Assembly: GCA_040954595.2 (NCBI GenBank)
Contig: CM082577.2
Location: forward strand, 11,441,654 to 11,505,653
DNA from: Balanoglossus misakiensis
Lineage: Eukaryota > Animalia > Hemichordata
DNA length: 64,000 nt
Direction: 5' to 3'
Shown here: one piece after another, positions 11,292 to 23,058 of the stretch
How positions within the stretch are numbered: the first letter of the stretch is position 1
Layout: the number at the start of each line of letters is the position of its first letter
Translations under genes and position numbers: made by a program
Notes under the pieces: generated by a model
What the model was told of the DNA's origin: nothing
Database searches by the model: none
The model's input: the letters and a program-made list of their open reading frames with translations, nothing else

Positions 11292-13315
11292 ATGGCTAGT
11301 AGACCAACACTCCTACTGGTGTTGTGTACCATTATCTACCAACAGCGCTTCGTGTCTGTTGTAGGGCAGTCAACTGTCAGGGGAGAATATCGGTGCCTGA
11401 ACCGACGCCATGATTGCTACAAGGATGACTCGTGTTCGTACACTTTCACTTTACCTCGGACGGATGGACAGGAGTGTCCAGCACTTCGCGATGCTATCCT
11501 AGATGTACAAGCACTGAAGAGAAAGATTGAGGAGTTAACACTTGGCAGTGACGAGCAGCGGGGTTTGATTGAAAGGCAGCAACGACTAATGGAGGAACTA
11601 AACGAAACAGTGACAGAGCAGCAACAGTCATTACAAGAAATGAACGAAACGTTGGCAGAGTTGAAGAGTGACCTCACTTCAGGTAGCTGAGCTGTAATTT
11701 ATTTAAAAAATACTTTAAATGATAAATTTCATTATCTTAAGATACTAAACAGCTATGCTGTATGTCTAGATATGCCCAAACCAAAGAATGTAGTTTATTC
11801 ATGGTTGATCATTTCGGGATAACACGTTTATACTTTTAGTGACAAGTTGCTTTCTTAAATGTTGGTGCATTCAAGATTGTTGAACTAACTATCCCCAACA
11901 TTTGTCAATCACCTCACCTGGACATCTTCAAGCAAAATTTTAAGTCGTATTTCTTTTCCAACGTGTATTATTTGCATTGCTTAGATGAATTCCGAGCCTC
12001 ACAACAAACATCGCTAATAGATATTATATCATTCTAATTGAACTTTTCCTAAATAATATCTGTTAGTATCTTTACGGTGGAAAATCTCAGCCTCTTATTA
12101 TTTATATTGAATTAACCATACGTATTCAAATGTTAATGCCAATCAACGAATACAACATTTCTTTATTTTGTCCTGTCAAATGCAATCACTGAAGTTAAAT
12201 TAACACAATCATACTCTTTTTTTACAGGCACATGTCTTGCAGTTAACAAAGACTTTTTGAAGTTTGAAAGCAGTCTAAATCTGACCGCGGTTACATCAGA
12301 AATCACAGAAACAAGTCTAATAGCTGGTTTGCATGCTTTTAACTCGGGCGGTAACACATATCTACAGGTCGCCACACCAGAGGAATTGTACGTTTACATG
12401 TTTTCAAGTGATCACGAGGCATTGGAAAAAATACAAACAGTAACAACAGAGGCATTGGTTTACCCTTGGATTGGCCCAGATTCCTTCGAAATGGATGAGC
12501 AACATTATGTTATCGACAGCGCACAACAGTGGGCAAGAAGTAATCATGTTTACTGGTGGAATGGAACACAGTTCTCTGAAGTTGACATTATCCAATTTCT
12601 GGGCTATACCGGATGGAATGAACTGAGCATGGCATGGTCGTTTGTACAAAGTCAGATATATGAAGTGACCTTTCTGGCTAATGCGTTTTCTAGCACTGCA
12701 GATTTAGCAGATTTTAATTACATAATAGTTTATATTTTTAATGGCAGTCATTTCCAGTATTTTCAGGAAATCAATACAGGTCTGAATACGGGAGACCTTG
12801 AGTTTTTTCAACCCAACAACGAAGATATCTATCTTTGTCTCGGTACCTCGTCCAGCCCGGGAGATCATACATCATTCGTTTACAAATATAATGCCTCGGT
12901 TTCCCAGTTTGTTCACCATCAAAGTTTACCGGTGCAGGGTGCAACACAGGACATGTTAATTTTTGACATCCGGGATAAGACATTCTTACTGCAAACAATG
13001 TACGAGCCTACTACTTTTAGGAGTATCTCAATTCTGTATACATGGAACACAACAACTTCTTCCTTTGAAGTTCATCAGAAAATAATCATAGACTATGCAC
13101 AACAGGCGTGCTACATCGAGTACTGTGATCAACACTTCTTAGTAATTGTGAGCTCGAACGTCGGTTTCATCGTGTATAAGTTGCGGGGCGACTATTTTCG
13201 TGAGCACCAAGTCTTCCACACGTTCAAAGGTACGTGGATGCACAAGTGTGACGTCTTCCGTGTAGATGGTGTTCAATATTTGGCTGTCGATAAGATGACA
13301 TACGTTCTGGCGTAA
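11292..13315 (+). CDS. Secreted coiled-coil + EAR/EPTP-repeat (TSPEAR/LGI-type beta-propeller) protein, ~492 aa, 2 exons (11292-11682, 12228-13315)
   Basis: Exon 1: hydrophobic signal-like N-terminus, angiopoietin-like CSYTFxLP motif, heptad coiled coil, ending TCA G|gtagc (phase 1). Exon 2 follows tttttacag in frame with ORF 12257 and has EAR-like repeats (VYWWNGTQF, VYIFNGSHFQYFQEI, SFVYKYNASVSQFVHHQSLP, SILYTWNTTTSSFEVHQKI). Confidence 0.8.
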
Positions 13316-14289
13316 ATCTGTTTATGATTAGCCATCATAGTTAATTTCTTGGTCGTCTGCAATTAGATTATAATATCATGATATAGCGTGGAATCTGAAA
13401 ACGAGAAAAAATAGATACATGTATCGATGTGCAACAGTATAAACGTCAACCTGTTATAATATGTTGATCGTAGCAACTATAATGAATTGTAGAAGGTCAC
13501 TGCAAAGACCTTGCCCTACACAGATTCTTTTTAATTGTATGTCCTTTATGTTTTGTTTAATTTTGTTTTCAATATATTTTGTACTGTGTTTGTAATATAG
13601 GGCAATATATTAACTAAGTGTTTATGCTTTATGTAATTGTATGTTATGAAATAGGTGAATATATATTACCTGATATCATGTTTAATCTTTGATATTAGGC
13701 AACACTGTCAGCTCAGCTAATATTTCATGAAACGATTTTAAAATCCTATGAGTAACAATAAGTAAATAATTTTTTTGCAAATTACAAATTGAACTTGTTT
13801 TTTTGCATTTGTAAACTGTGTCGGTATGAACTAATCGATAACTAGATGTAATTGTTCTTGTTTGACATCGCGATACTTGCCGATGTCACCCCATATCAGA
13901 AAAGCTCCCAAAAAGTGAAGCACTGTGATAGCACGGAAGGGGACAATATATATATATATATATACAACTGTATACGGATAGTTTCCTTTCGAACGAATAT
14001 GATTGACTATTTCGTTTCTCGCATTGATTTTTTACATACAGATAGATAGAATGACTGACTACCAGAATAGTTATCGACTCTTAAAATGGATGATTGAGTA
14101 CTTTATTTTGTTCATATTTCTATGTACAGCTATACAGTCAGAGGTTGATAATCATTGGGTTTACGAATCGATTAGCTCATTTAAATGGACCATTCTAAGT
14201 TCGAAAAAAAATAATGAACACAACGCGAACATGTCTTTTTTTTCTGTTTGGCACAAGGTGAGGCTATATTGCCCCAGTAAAAAACAGAA

Positions 14290-15545
14290 GGGGGGGGTAT
14301 TAGAAAGGGTGTTAAATTTCATTTGCCAACTTCAAAGTAATGCGGCTCGCTTATATAAGAACCTAGGTTACTGTAGCGATCAACTTGAATAGGCAGGCCT
14401 GTGGCAAACTTTTAACACCCCTTTTAACCCCATGGTACCGTGAAAGCAAGCATTCTTGCACGGCTTGCTATAACCTAAGGACAGCGGGGAAAAGAATGCG
14501 TTCAAAATGGTATGGCTATCGGTGACAGATTTTCAGACAAAATGATAGTGCCCAAACTTTCAAAGTCTTTGCTGTTTAAAATGTGTTGCGTGTGATTTCG
14601 GAAAGTCAGATAAGCTCCTCGAAAGTGAAGCACTGGTATCGCAAGGAAGCGGAGGAAACCGAATTTATTTTCCTTCCGATATGAAAAACAGTAAAGTAGC
14701 ACCGTTTAGGGATAAGGTAAGTTGGACCATGGGCTTGAAAATTAGAATTGCAGTCGCACTCAATATGCTGATAATGAATGCGTGACATGAATGTTTGATA
14801 TCAGGTATTTCGCCATGGTAAACATACAGCAGTCATCGGCTTTAAGACTACGTCGATCTGATGGTAAAATCCAAACTTGAGAAAATATTTGTAATGAATG
14901 TGCTGTATCCGTGAGGAAATGTTAATAGTTCAGTCAAAATAGTTGCCTAATGAATTTAACAGGTAACATCCACCAAATTCAGCTAGATGTGGCAAAATAG
15001 TCCTCGACGAGAAATTTCAAACATATCTTAAAGAGATGAAGTCGCTCTTTTTGAACTTTTTTTTCCATAAATTTTGTTTAATTTGAAAAGTCGTTTCTCT
15101 CTTTTGTTACAAGCCGGTCTTACTAAATCAAATCTCATAAAAGAGCGACTTGAATGAGTCTTTCTGGTTGTTTCAGTAGGTTTTTAAGGTACCAGCGGTA
15201 AGTCCGGGTTAGGTTTTCTCAGGCTTGTTTTGTGTTTTGTAATGGTGGATTGGGGGAGAGGGAGGGGGAGGGAGATAGATAGAGAGAGAGATTGAGATTA
15301 AAAAGAACCAAGCGCTTGCTGCGTCAAATAAGATTTTTTTCACTTTGGCTTTAGGTTATAGCAAGTCGACAAGGAATTCTTGTTTTCATGGTGTCACGAT
15401 GTTTAAAAGGTGTTAAAATTTGCCACCGGGCTTCTTACTCTAGCTGCTCGCTTCTGGACCCTCCGATCTGGTCTTATATTAGCGAGCCGCGTTATCTCGA
15501 AGTTTGCAATTGAAATTTTAATACACTTTCTAATACCCCCCCCCC
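14290..15545. mobile_element. Non-autonomous DNA transposon with long diverged TIRs (GGGGTATTAGAAAG...)
   Basis: The left arm ggggtattagaaagggtgttaaatttc...gctataacctaa (~14294-14478) pairs with ttaggttatagc...aatacactttctaatacccc (~15351-15540). The left arm recurs at ~24667 and ~42197. Confidence 0.7.
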
Positions 15546-15915
15546 ACCCGTAAGTCTCTTTTAAGTGTCTAAACCGTTTCTAGTATGCTGTATTCTATTT
15601 CCAACGACCTGCAGATACGCCGGTGAAAATTTGTGATACAAAGAACTACCTTCAATGAACCATACAAAACTCCCGAAAACAACATTTTCCCTCTCAAATA
15701 CTAATCAATAAGCTTGCCATGTGGGCTTTGACAGAGGCTATTGGGACATGTTAAGCCGATCTTCACAAATTTTTCACTTTCCCTTTTGTAGTTCGCATAG
15801 CGACTGGGCTTATTTGGTCATCTTATAACATTGTATACGAGTGCCCTTTCAATCGAAGCATTTTATTTAATCTGATGATGATTAGAAACGCTTAATACTG
15901 AATACTTCGTCGAAA

Positions 15916-16086
15916 ATGAGTAGCCCCTAGACAGAATTGACGAAAACTGGGGTTAACATTGCGACTCGTCTGTGTTGCAATAAAAGTACGAACACATATG
16001 CCAATACTCACCAATGTGGTTAACGATTAAGATGCCAACGAGAGAGAGGGGGGAGAGAGAGAGAGTGAGAGAGAGACAGAGAGAGT

Positions 16087-16124
<38 letters not shown>

Positions 16125-19100
16125 TGGAGAGATACAGTAAGATTGATTCAATTCTTTAGACAGATGCAGAGAAAAATAAAGCAAGAAGAGTTTCCATCGG
16201 GATATTTATTGCAACGACAGGATTATTCCTCGTGGGAGCTGGTCTGTTTATCGGTATGCTTATTTTTATTCTTAAAGTGGTAGATGAACGTTCATGAAAC
16301 TGGAGGTGAACCGCAGGTGTTGTCAATAAAATAATTTTGGGTTAGAAAGAAACGGTTACGACATGCATGCATAACAATACATTACAGGATGATCCACAAT
16401 AGATAAAAGTCAAGAAAGAGTATTGCTCCAATTAAATCTTCACTGTCAGCAAAATCAATGAATTAATTATGTGGGGGAGAATAATTTGAAGCCCACGTGC
16501 AAGTGCGAGTGCAAAGATTTTGTAGTCGATATTCAAAAGACTGATTGGTCCTCAGTTGTTTATCAGCTGGCGGTTGTACATGTCTTTTTTGTGTAATAGA
16601 CGAATGCTTGCACGACACTGAGAGGTAGATAGTTTTTACCAGCTTGCAAACCTTCCACTAGAGAATCATACACAAAGGGGGCCAACATACTTCCAACATC
16701 TTTTGTAAACTCAACAGGCAGTCCATCAGGTCCAGGTGTGTGTTTTTTTTTTTTGCATTTTAAATGTTCAACAGCTTTGGTGCTATGCAAACATTTCCAG
16801 TGTCCTTTCGTTGCAGTATCAGTGTCAGTGCTCTCTTGTACAGAATCTGGTGCAGACAGACAGGATAATCTAATCATTCTACGTGCGTTGTTATTTTCAA
16901 GGCGGTTTGGCCAAGGCTGTGAATTTTATGTCTGACAACACACAAGAACAGACATCAACGGAGAATGCTACTACTGTTACTGTTGATACAACACTGGCAA
17001 GGACATTGCAGCCAACAGTTCGAGGTAAACTCCAACAAAAGACAGAACGATTCGGTGCTGATGACTTTTTCTCTTTACGCTTTGTCCATGTATGCCACAT
17101 TTCCAACTTTATGAGTAACCCTGAAAATATGAGTATTGTTTTCCATCAAAGGGGAAGTTACACATACTGTCGTTTCCAATATTCACTCTCAGTGTGTGTG
17201 TGGGGGGGGGGGTGTTTTCGTCATGCACTGTTGAGGCGTTTGACAAGAAAACAAAATCAAGAAAAGGATGACACCAAGACAATTGGTACTCGAATTTCAA
17301 CCACGTCATATCCAGCGATTTTGCAAAGTAGGGTATAATTAATAGAAGACGCCTTTCGTGCTCCAAATCGTGTTGTCTGTACTTCTACTTAAAATTATTG
17401 CTTTTAAATCTGTAATCATGTTATCTTATTAGAATTGGTTCGAGTGCGAGCTTCAAGCATCGACCCGTTGCGAATCAATGGGAGTTTTGACGTTGTCATG
17501 GGCGAACCCAACAAGTTTCTTCTGTCGCTGCTACTGGCTACAGCAAGCAGCAACACAGGATTCATATCGGGTCAAGCGAAGGATCTGTTCAAAGTTGAGC
17601 TGTTCGTCTCCGCTTCGAGCAAAGCTAACGACGCCAATGGTGACAGGTACGAAGCGAATATTACGTCCGGTGAAATAACCCTCCAATCGAGTACAGTTGT
17701 CGCGATCGCAGCCGCCGAAAATATTGACCTCTCATACGGGACCTGTGCTAACTTCTCTTACATCTGCGCCGAGGTGTCTCCGGCAGAACATTCTGGCTGG
17801 ATTTGGGACGGGTCGGTTAGTCTCCTTGGCCCCGCGTGTCAGCCTTTTCGTTCTTGCGGAAGTAAGTATTAGTGCGTGTCTGTGAATTATCAGAAATATG
17901 CATCATTGGAAAGAATACACTTTGCAGCAGATAAAGCGTAGCTTCATTTTTATCTCATTTCAAATCTGCTTTGAAATAACTTCTATTGGCTGACAGTATA
18001 ACCAAAAACATTCAAAACAATGAAGATTTAACTAATGTTCCAGTAGGTACAATATACACTATGACGTAGGTGCCTTTAATCAGAATTTTGGTAAGACAGG
18101 TTTGAGAAGTCCATTCTATGTAAAAAAAAATACACTGATTCTAAAAAAGCAGTCTTATTGGCCCAACTCAGGACAAAATTGCCGTTTTGTCAAAGTTTTT
18201 GCCCCAAAAGGGCCATTTTTAGAAAACATTAAAACAATTTTTTTTTATATTCCGGGATCTGATGATGTTTGATAAAATTTGATGGAAATTCCAAGAGAGA
18301 TGAGAGACTGATTGACCCCACAAAAGACAAAATTGCCTTTTTGACCGCTTTTGCTCAAAAAAGCCATTTTAGACCAGATTTAAAACAAAACTGTTTTCTT
18401 CATATTTGCTGATGATATATGGAAAGTCAATTCTACGTTAAAGTGGTGACTCTTACAACTACAACAGTCTTTTTGACCCCGCTCGATACAAAAATGCCAT
18501 TTTGGCAACTTGTTGCCAAAAGTGTCATTTTAAGAAAATATTAAAAACATACTGTAATCTTCACTTTGGTAATCTAAAGATAAATAAAAAGAAACCTTGC
18601 CGAATAATTATTTGAAATCGGATATATGTATTTTTTAAATCTTGCGCACAGAGTTGTCCCATATATACCTCGGCCTTAAAAGAATAATCCTCAAATGTTA
18701 ATACAAGTTGTATATACAAATTGACTACGCGATTAAAAATTAATATTTTGCACTCCTTCAGGCCAATACTACTCTATACGATGGCAGACATATTTGTGTT
18801 GTCGATTCTGTGAACAACATTGTAACGAATATAAAAAATACCAGTAATAGTTACAATGCCTTTTAGTGGGGCAGTTAACCAAAAAATCGTGCACTTTGGG
18901 TTAAAGGCATGAAACTTGGTAGACGTATGCATTGACCCATGGCGGCCATTTTCTGATATGGATCCAAAATGACAGCGCCCTCTAGTGGCCAGAAACAGAC
19001 ATTCATACTTTTTAATCGTGCACTTCGGGTTAAAAGCATGAAACTTGGTACAATTATTCATTGACCCATGGCGGACATTTTCCAATATGGATCCCAAAAG

Positions 19101-22100
19101 ACAGCGCCCTCTAGTGGCCAGAAAGTGACATTCACACTTTTTCCCCCATTAATGGCACTGTTTGGTCAATTGTAAGACTCAGAAACAGGAATGTGGGTTG
19201 TAAAACATGCTTGCTACCATACATTGATGTGTATTGATGTGTATATTATCCTAATCCTGATGTACATGTATCAGATCAATCTTGATGACAGAAACAAAGA
19301 GCAGTGCTGTCAGACTAGACCTAAAGCACCTACAGAAACATGTGCATGACTTTGTGCAACTGATTTCCTGAGGTTGACTCTTTTCTTGGGCTTGACTAAG
19401 AGTTGTCCACTTTGATTTCCACTGGGATTCTGTTGGTTTGATATAGCTTTGCTAGGTTTCTCATAGCACATGTACTTTAAGAGCTACATGTGAAGAAGGA
19501 ATATTCTCAAGAACCTTGACTTTCTGGAGAAGAGGTGTTGTCTTACCCCTTTGCATGACTTAGTGTATTCAACTGGTTCTGTTATTTCGAAGAACAAATC
19601 GTTCAATTCGTAACATACAAGATTGATCTGATACATGTACATCAGGATTAGGATAATATTAAAAGGAATGTATGGCAGCAAGCATGTTTTACAACCCACA
19701 TTTCTGTCTCTGAGTGTTAAACTTGCCCAAAAAGTGTCATTAATGGGGGAAAAGTGTAAATGTCAGTTTCTAGCCACTAGAGGGCGCTGTCTTTTTGGAT
19801 CCATATTGGAAAATGTCCGCCATGGGTCAATGAATAATTGTACCAAATTTCAGGCTTTTAACCCTAAGTGCACAATTTTAAAGTATATATGTCTGTTTCT
19901 GGCCGCTAGAGGGCGCTGTCGTTTTGGATCCATATCAGAAAATGGCCGCCATGGGTCAATGCATAAGTGTACCAAGTTTCATGCTTTTAACCCTAAGTGC
20001 ACAATTATGCCAAAATTTGGGGTTTAGCTCCTGCACTATTTTTTAATTTAAATTTAAACCAATCGAACTTGCATTTTATGACAAACTTTTCTGTCTTTCC
20101 GTCTTTCAGCTAAGAGAAATACTCTTGAATTACTTTCAACTCAAACGGATGTTGCTGTTCAAATCGATGTCCCTGATTTGACAAATGTGACTGCATGTCT
20201 CTGGGTCAAAGCTGTTTCGCCAAAAGCAACGGCAACATTGGTTTCTTACTGTGTCAGCCTTTCCAACTGTAACGAGTTCGTCTTGTATGGTACAACCTCT
20301 CTCAAACTTTACGTCAAAGAGGAAGGCGCTCGGACAGGATTGGGGGTAGATGATGGCGCTTGGCATCATATGTGCGTGACATGGTCCTCAAGTGGTGGAA
20401 ACTGGGCAAGTTACCATAATGGTGACTTGTATCTGACTGGAGATGGTTTAGCGTCTGGTGAGACTATCAGAACTAATGGGACATTGGTGTTAGGTCAAGA
20501 ACAGGATGACCGGAGGGGTGGATATAACGAGTCACAAGCATTTGTTGGCAGCATCACTCAATTCAACATGTGGTCCAGAGTCTTAACAGATGGGGAAGTT
20601 GCCATGGTAGCACAAGACTGCTCAATTGGAGGAGATGTCTTTACTTGGAATACTGCTTCTCTCTACATGTCAGCTAATGCAGAGCTGGGAAAGAGTGATG
20701 TTTGTGGTAAGTTTCATTTAGAGTTCAACCATTTGATGCCCCAAACATAAAAGAATAACACGAAAATACTATAGTACTTAAAATGCCTGTTTAAAAATTA
20801 AACCAATCCAAATATCATAACTATAATGGATTTACATTTTATAACAAACTTGTCTGTCTTTCCACGTTTCAGCAAAGGGAAACACTCTTGAATTACTTTC
20901 AACTCAAACGGATGTTGCTGTTCAAATCAATGTCCCTGATTTGACAGCTGTGACTGCGTGTCTCTGGGTCAAAGCTGATTCGCCAAAAGAAAATGCAACA
21001 TTGGTTTCTTACTGTGTCAGCCGATCTAGCTGCAACGAGTTTCTCTTGTATGGTACAACCTCTCTGAAACTTCACGTCAAACAGAAAAGCGCCAAGACAG
21101 GATTGGGGGTAGATGATGGCGCGTGGCATCATATGTGCGTGACATGGTCCTCAAGTGGTGGAAACTGGGCAAGTTACCATGATGGTGAATTGTTAAGCAG
21201 CGGTCAAGGTTTAGTGTCTGGTCAGAACATCAGAACTGGTGGGACATTGGTGTTAGGTCAAGACCAAGATGACCGGAGAGGTGGATATGACGAATCACAG
21301 GCATTTGTTGGCAGCTTCACTCAATTCAATATGTGGTCCAGAGTTTTGACAGATGTGGAAGTTGCGATGGTGGCACAAGACTGCTCAATTGGAGGAGATA
21401 TCTTTGCTTGGAATACTGCTTCTCTCTACATGTCAGCAAATGCGTATCTTGGAAAGAGCCGTGTTTGCTGTAAGTTATGTTTTTAATTAGAGTTGAACCT
21501 CTTGATCCCCTAAACATATGAGAATAATACGAAAATACTAGTAGTTCAAAATTGCCTGTCTTAACTTTAAATCAATCCAAACCTCACAGCTATAATGACT
21601 TCGCATTTTATAACAAACTTTTCTATCTTTCCATCTTTCAGCTAAGGGAAACACTCTTGAATTACTTTCAACTCAAACGGATGTTGCTGTTCAAATCAAT
21701 GTCCCTGATTTGACAGCTGTGACTGCGTGTCTCTGGGTCAAAGCTGTTTCGCCAAAAGAAACGGCAGCATTGGTTTCTTACTGTGTCATCCAGTCCAGCT
21801 GTAACGAGTTCCTCTTGTATGGTACAACCCATATGGACATTCATGTCAAAGAGAAGAGCGTTAAGACAGAATTGGGTGTAGATGATGGTGCCTGGCATCA
21901 TATATGTGTAACATGGTCCTCAAGTGGTGGAAAGTGGGCAAGTTACCATAATGGTGACTTGTATCAGAGTGGAGATGGTTTAGCGTCTGGTGAGACTATA
22001 GAAACTGGTGGGACATTGGTGTTAGGTCAAGAACAGGATGACCGGAGGGGTGGATATGATGAGTCACAAGCATTTGTTGGCAGTATCACTCAATTCAACA

Positions 22101-22929
22101 TGTGGTCCAGAGTCTTAACAGATGGGCAAGTTGCGATGGTTGCACAAGACTGCTCAATTGGAGGAGATGTCTTTACTTGGAATACTGCTTCTCTCTACAT
22201 ATCAGCTAATGCGGATCTTGGAAAGAGCGATGTTTGTTGTAAGTTTATGTTTTAATTAGAGTTCAACCACTTGACTAAACTGGCGAAAACGCAAGGGGGA
22301 AGACGTGGTTATATGCAGGTACACAGGTGGTGGAATGCTGTTTGGGGTGGGCAGTTTTGCATAACAATGTGTAGTTGGCGATGTGAATGTGTTGTGTGGG
22401 GTGTGTTACGCAACAATTAAATCTAGAAACCCTGTTACATTCCACAAACATAACACCACCTGTGTACCTGCATATAACCAGTCTTCCTCCCCCCCCCCCC
22501 CCCTTGCATATTCGCCAGTTTAGTCTCCTGATGAGCGAGTCCAGTGACTCATGAAACAACGTTGAAGAGATTATACCGCCAAAGTTTTCTCCAACTACCC
22601 TTACTACATATTCTACTCTACTTTTGTATTGAGCACTTTGTATCGGACCAGTCAAATCGCGTACTTTGGACATACATACATACATACATACATACATACA
22701 TACATACATACATACATACATACATACATACATACATACATACATACATACATACATACATACATACATACATACATACATACATACATACATACATACA
22801 TACATACATACATACATACATACATACATACATACATACATACATACATACATACATACATACATACATACATACATACATACATACATACATACATACA
22901 TACATACATACATACATACATACATACAT

Positions 22930-22980
<51 letters not shown>

Positions 22981-23058
22981 TACAATTGTAGTTTTAACAT
23001 CCCTTTTTCTTGCCTTACAGAACTCAGAGTATTGGGGACGTGCAAGAATAATGGATAA
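15916..23058 (+). CDS. Gene 1: type II membrane protein with TM, Thr-rich stalk, unnamed Cys domain and 3 pentraxin domains
   Basis: Phase-1 exons 16164-16253 (AEKNKARRVSIGIFIATTGLFLVGAGLFI), 16902-17024 (GGLAKAVNF..TSTENATTVTVDTT..), 17433-17861, pentraxins 20110-20706, 20873-21469, 21642-22238, and a candidate last exon at 23021. The putative first exon 15916-15985 has TAG at codon 5, so the true start is uncertain and this may be a pseudogenised allele. Confidence 0.6.
16040..16125. repeat. (GA)n microsatellite
   Basis: Imperfect gagagaga run. Confidence 0.9.
16590..16760 (-). mobile_element. Degenerate L1/Tx1-type LINE ORF2 (RT N-terminal) fragment in an intron
   Basis: Translation TPGPDGLPVEF..LAPFVYDSLVEGLQAG..LPLS matches the PGPDG(L/I)PxEF motif that precedes non-LTR RT domains. 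Confidence 0.7.
17433..17861 (+). CDS. Gene 1 exon: ~143-aa extracellular domain of unknown family (GTCANFSYICAEVSP...ACQPFRSC)
   Basis: Open between ttattag| and |gtaagt, phase 1-1, four Cys in the C-terminal third. Confidence 0.7.
18864..20038. mobile_element. Foldback/MITE element with long inverted arms carrying tandem ~128-bp subrepeats with CTCF-like motifs
   Basis: The left arm (18864-~19285) is the reverse complement of the right arm (~19620-20038); ORFs 18774- and 19635+ share the same translation. cagcgccctctagtggcc at 18973 and 19102, reverse at 19773 and 19901. Confidence 0.8.
20110..22238 (+). CDS. Pentraxin exon cluster 1 (20110-20706, 20873-21469, 21642-22238)
   Basis: Each exon is 597 bp, tttcag|..|gtaagt, phase 1-1. 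Motifs TACLW, WHHxCVTWSS (HxCxS/TW signature), LGQ(E/D)[16 protein letters not shown]. Confidence 0.92.
22273..22575 (+). mobile_element. Penelope-like element remnant: inverted repeat plus degenerate hammerhead ribozyme
   Basis: 22273-~22345 pairs with ~22441-22526, followed by tctc CTGATGA gc GAGTC cagt GACTC at GAAAC aac GTT..gaga (22524-22570). It starts exactly where the pentraxin intron consensus breaks off. Confidence 0.5.
22671..22984. repeat. (TACA)n + (CA)n microsatellite
   Basis: Directly visible; source of the YIHT/MYVC spurious ORFs. Confidence 0.97.

Noticed and set aside
15871-15895. CTGATGA...GAAAC hammerhead-like words
   Set aside because: No adequate stem II or stem I pairing.
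18774-20027. ORFs containing CTKFHAFNPKCT repeats
   Set aside because: Translations of the MITE's inverted tandem subrepeats.
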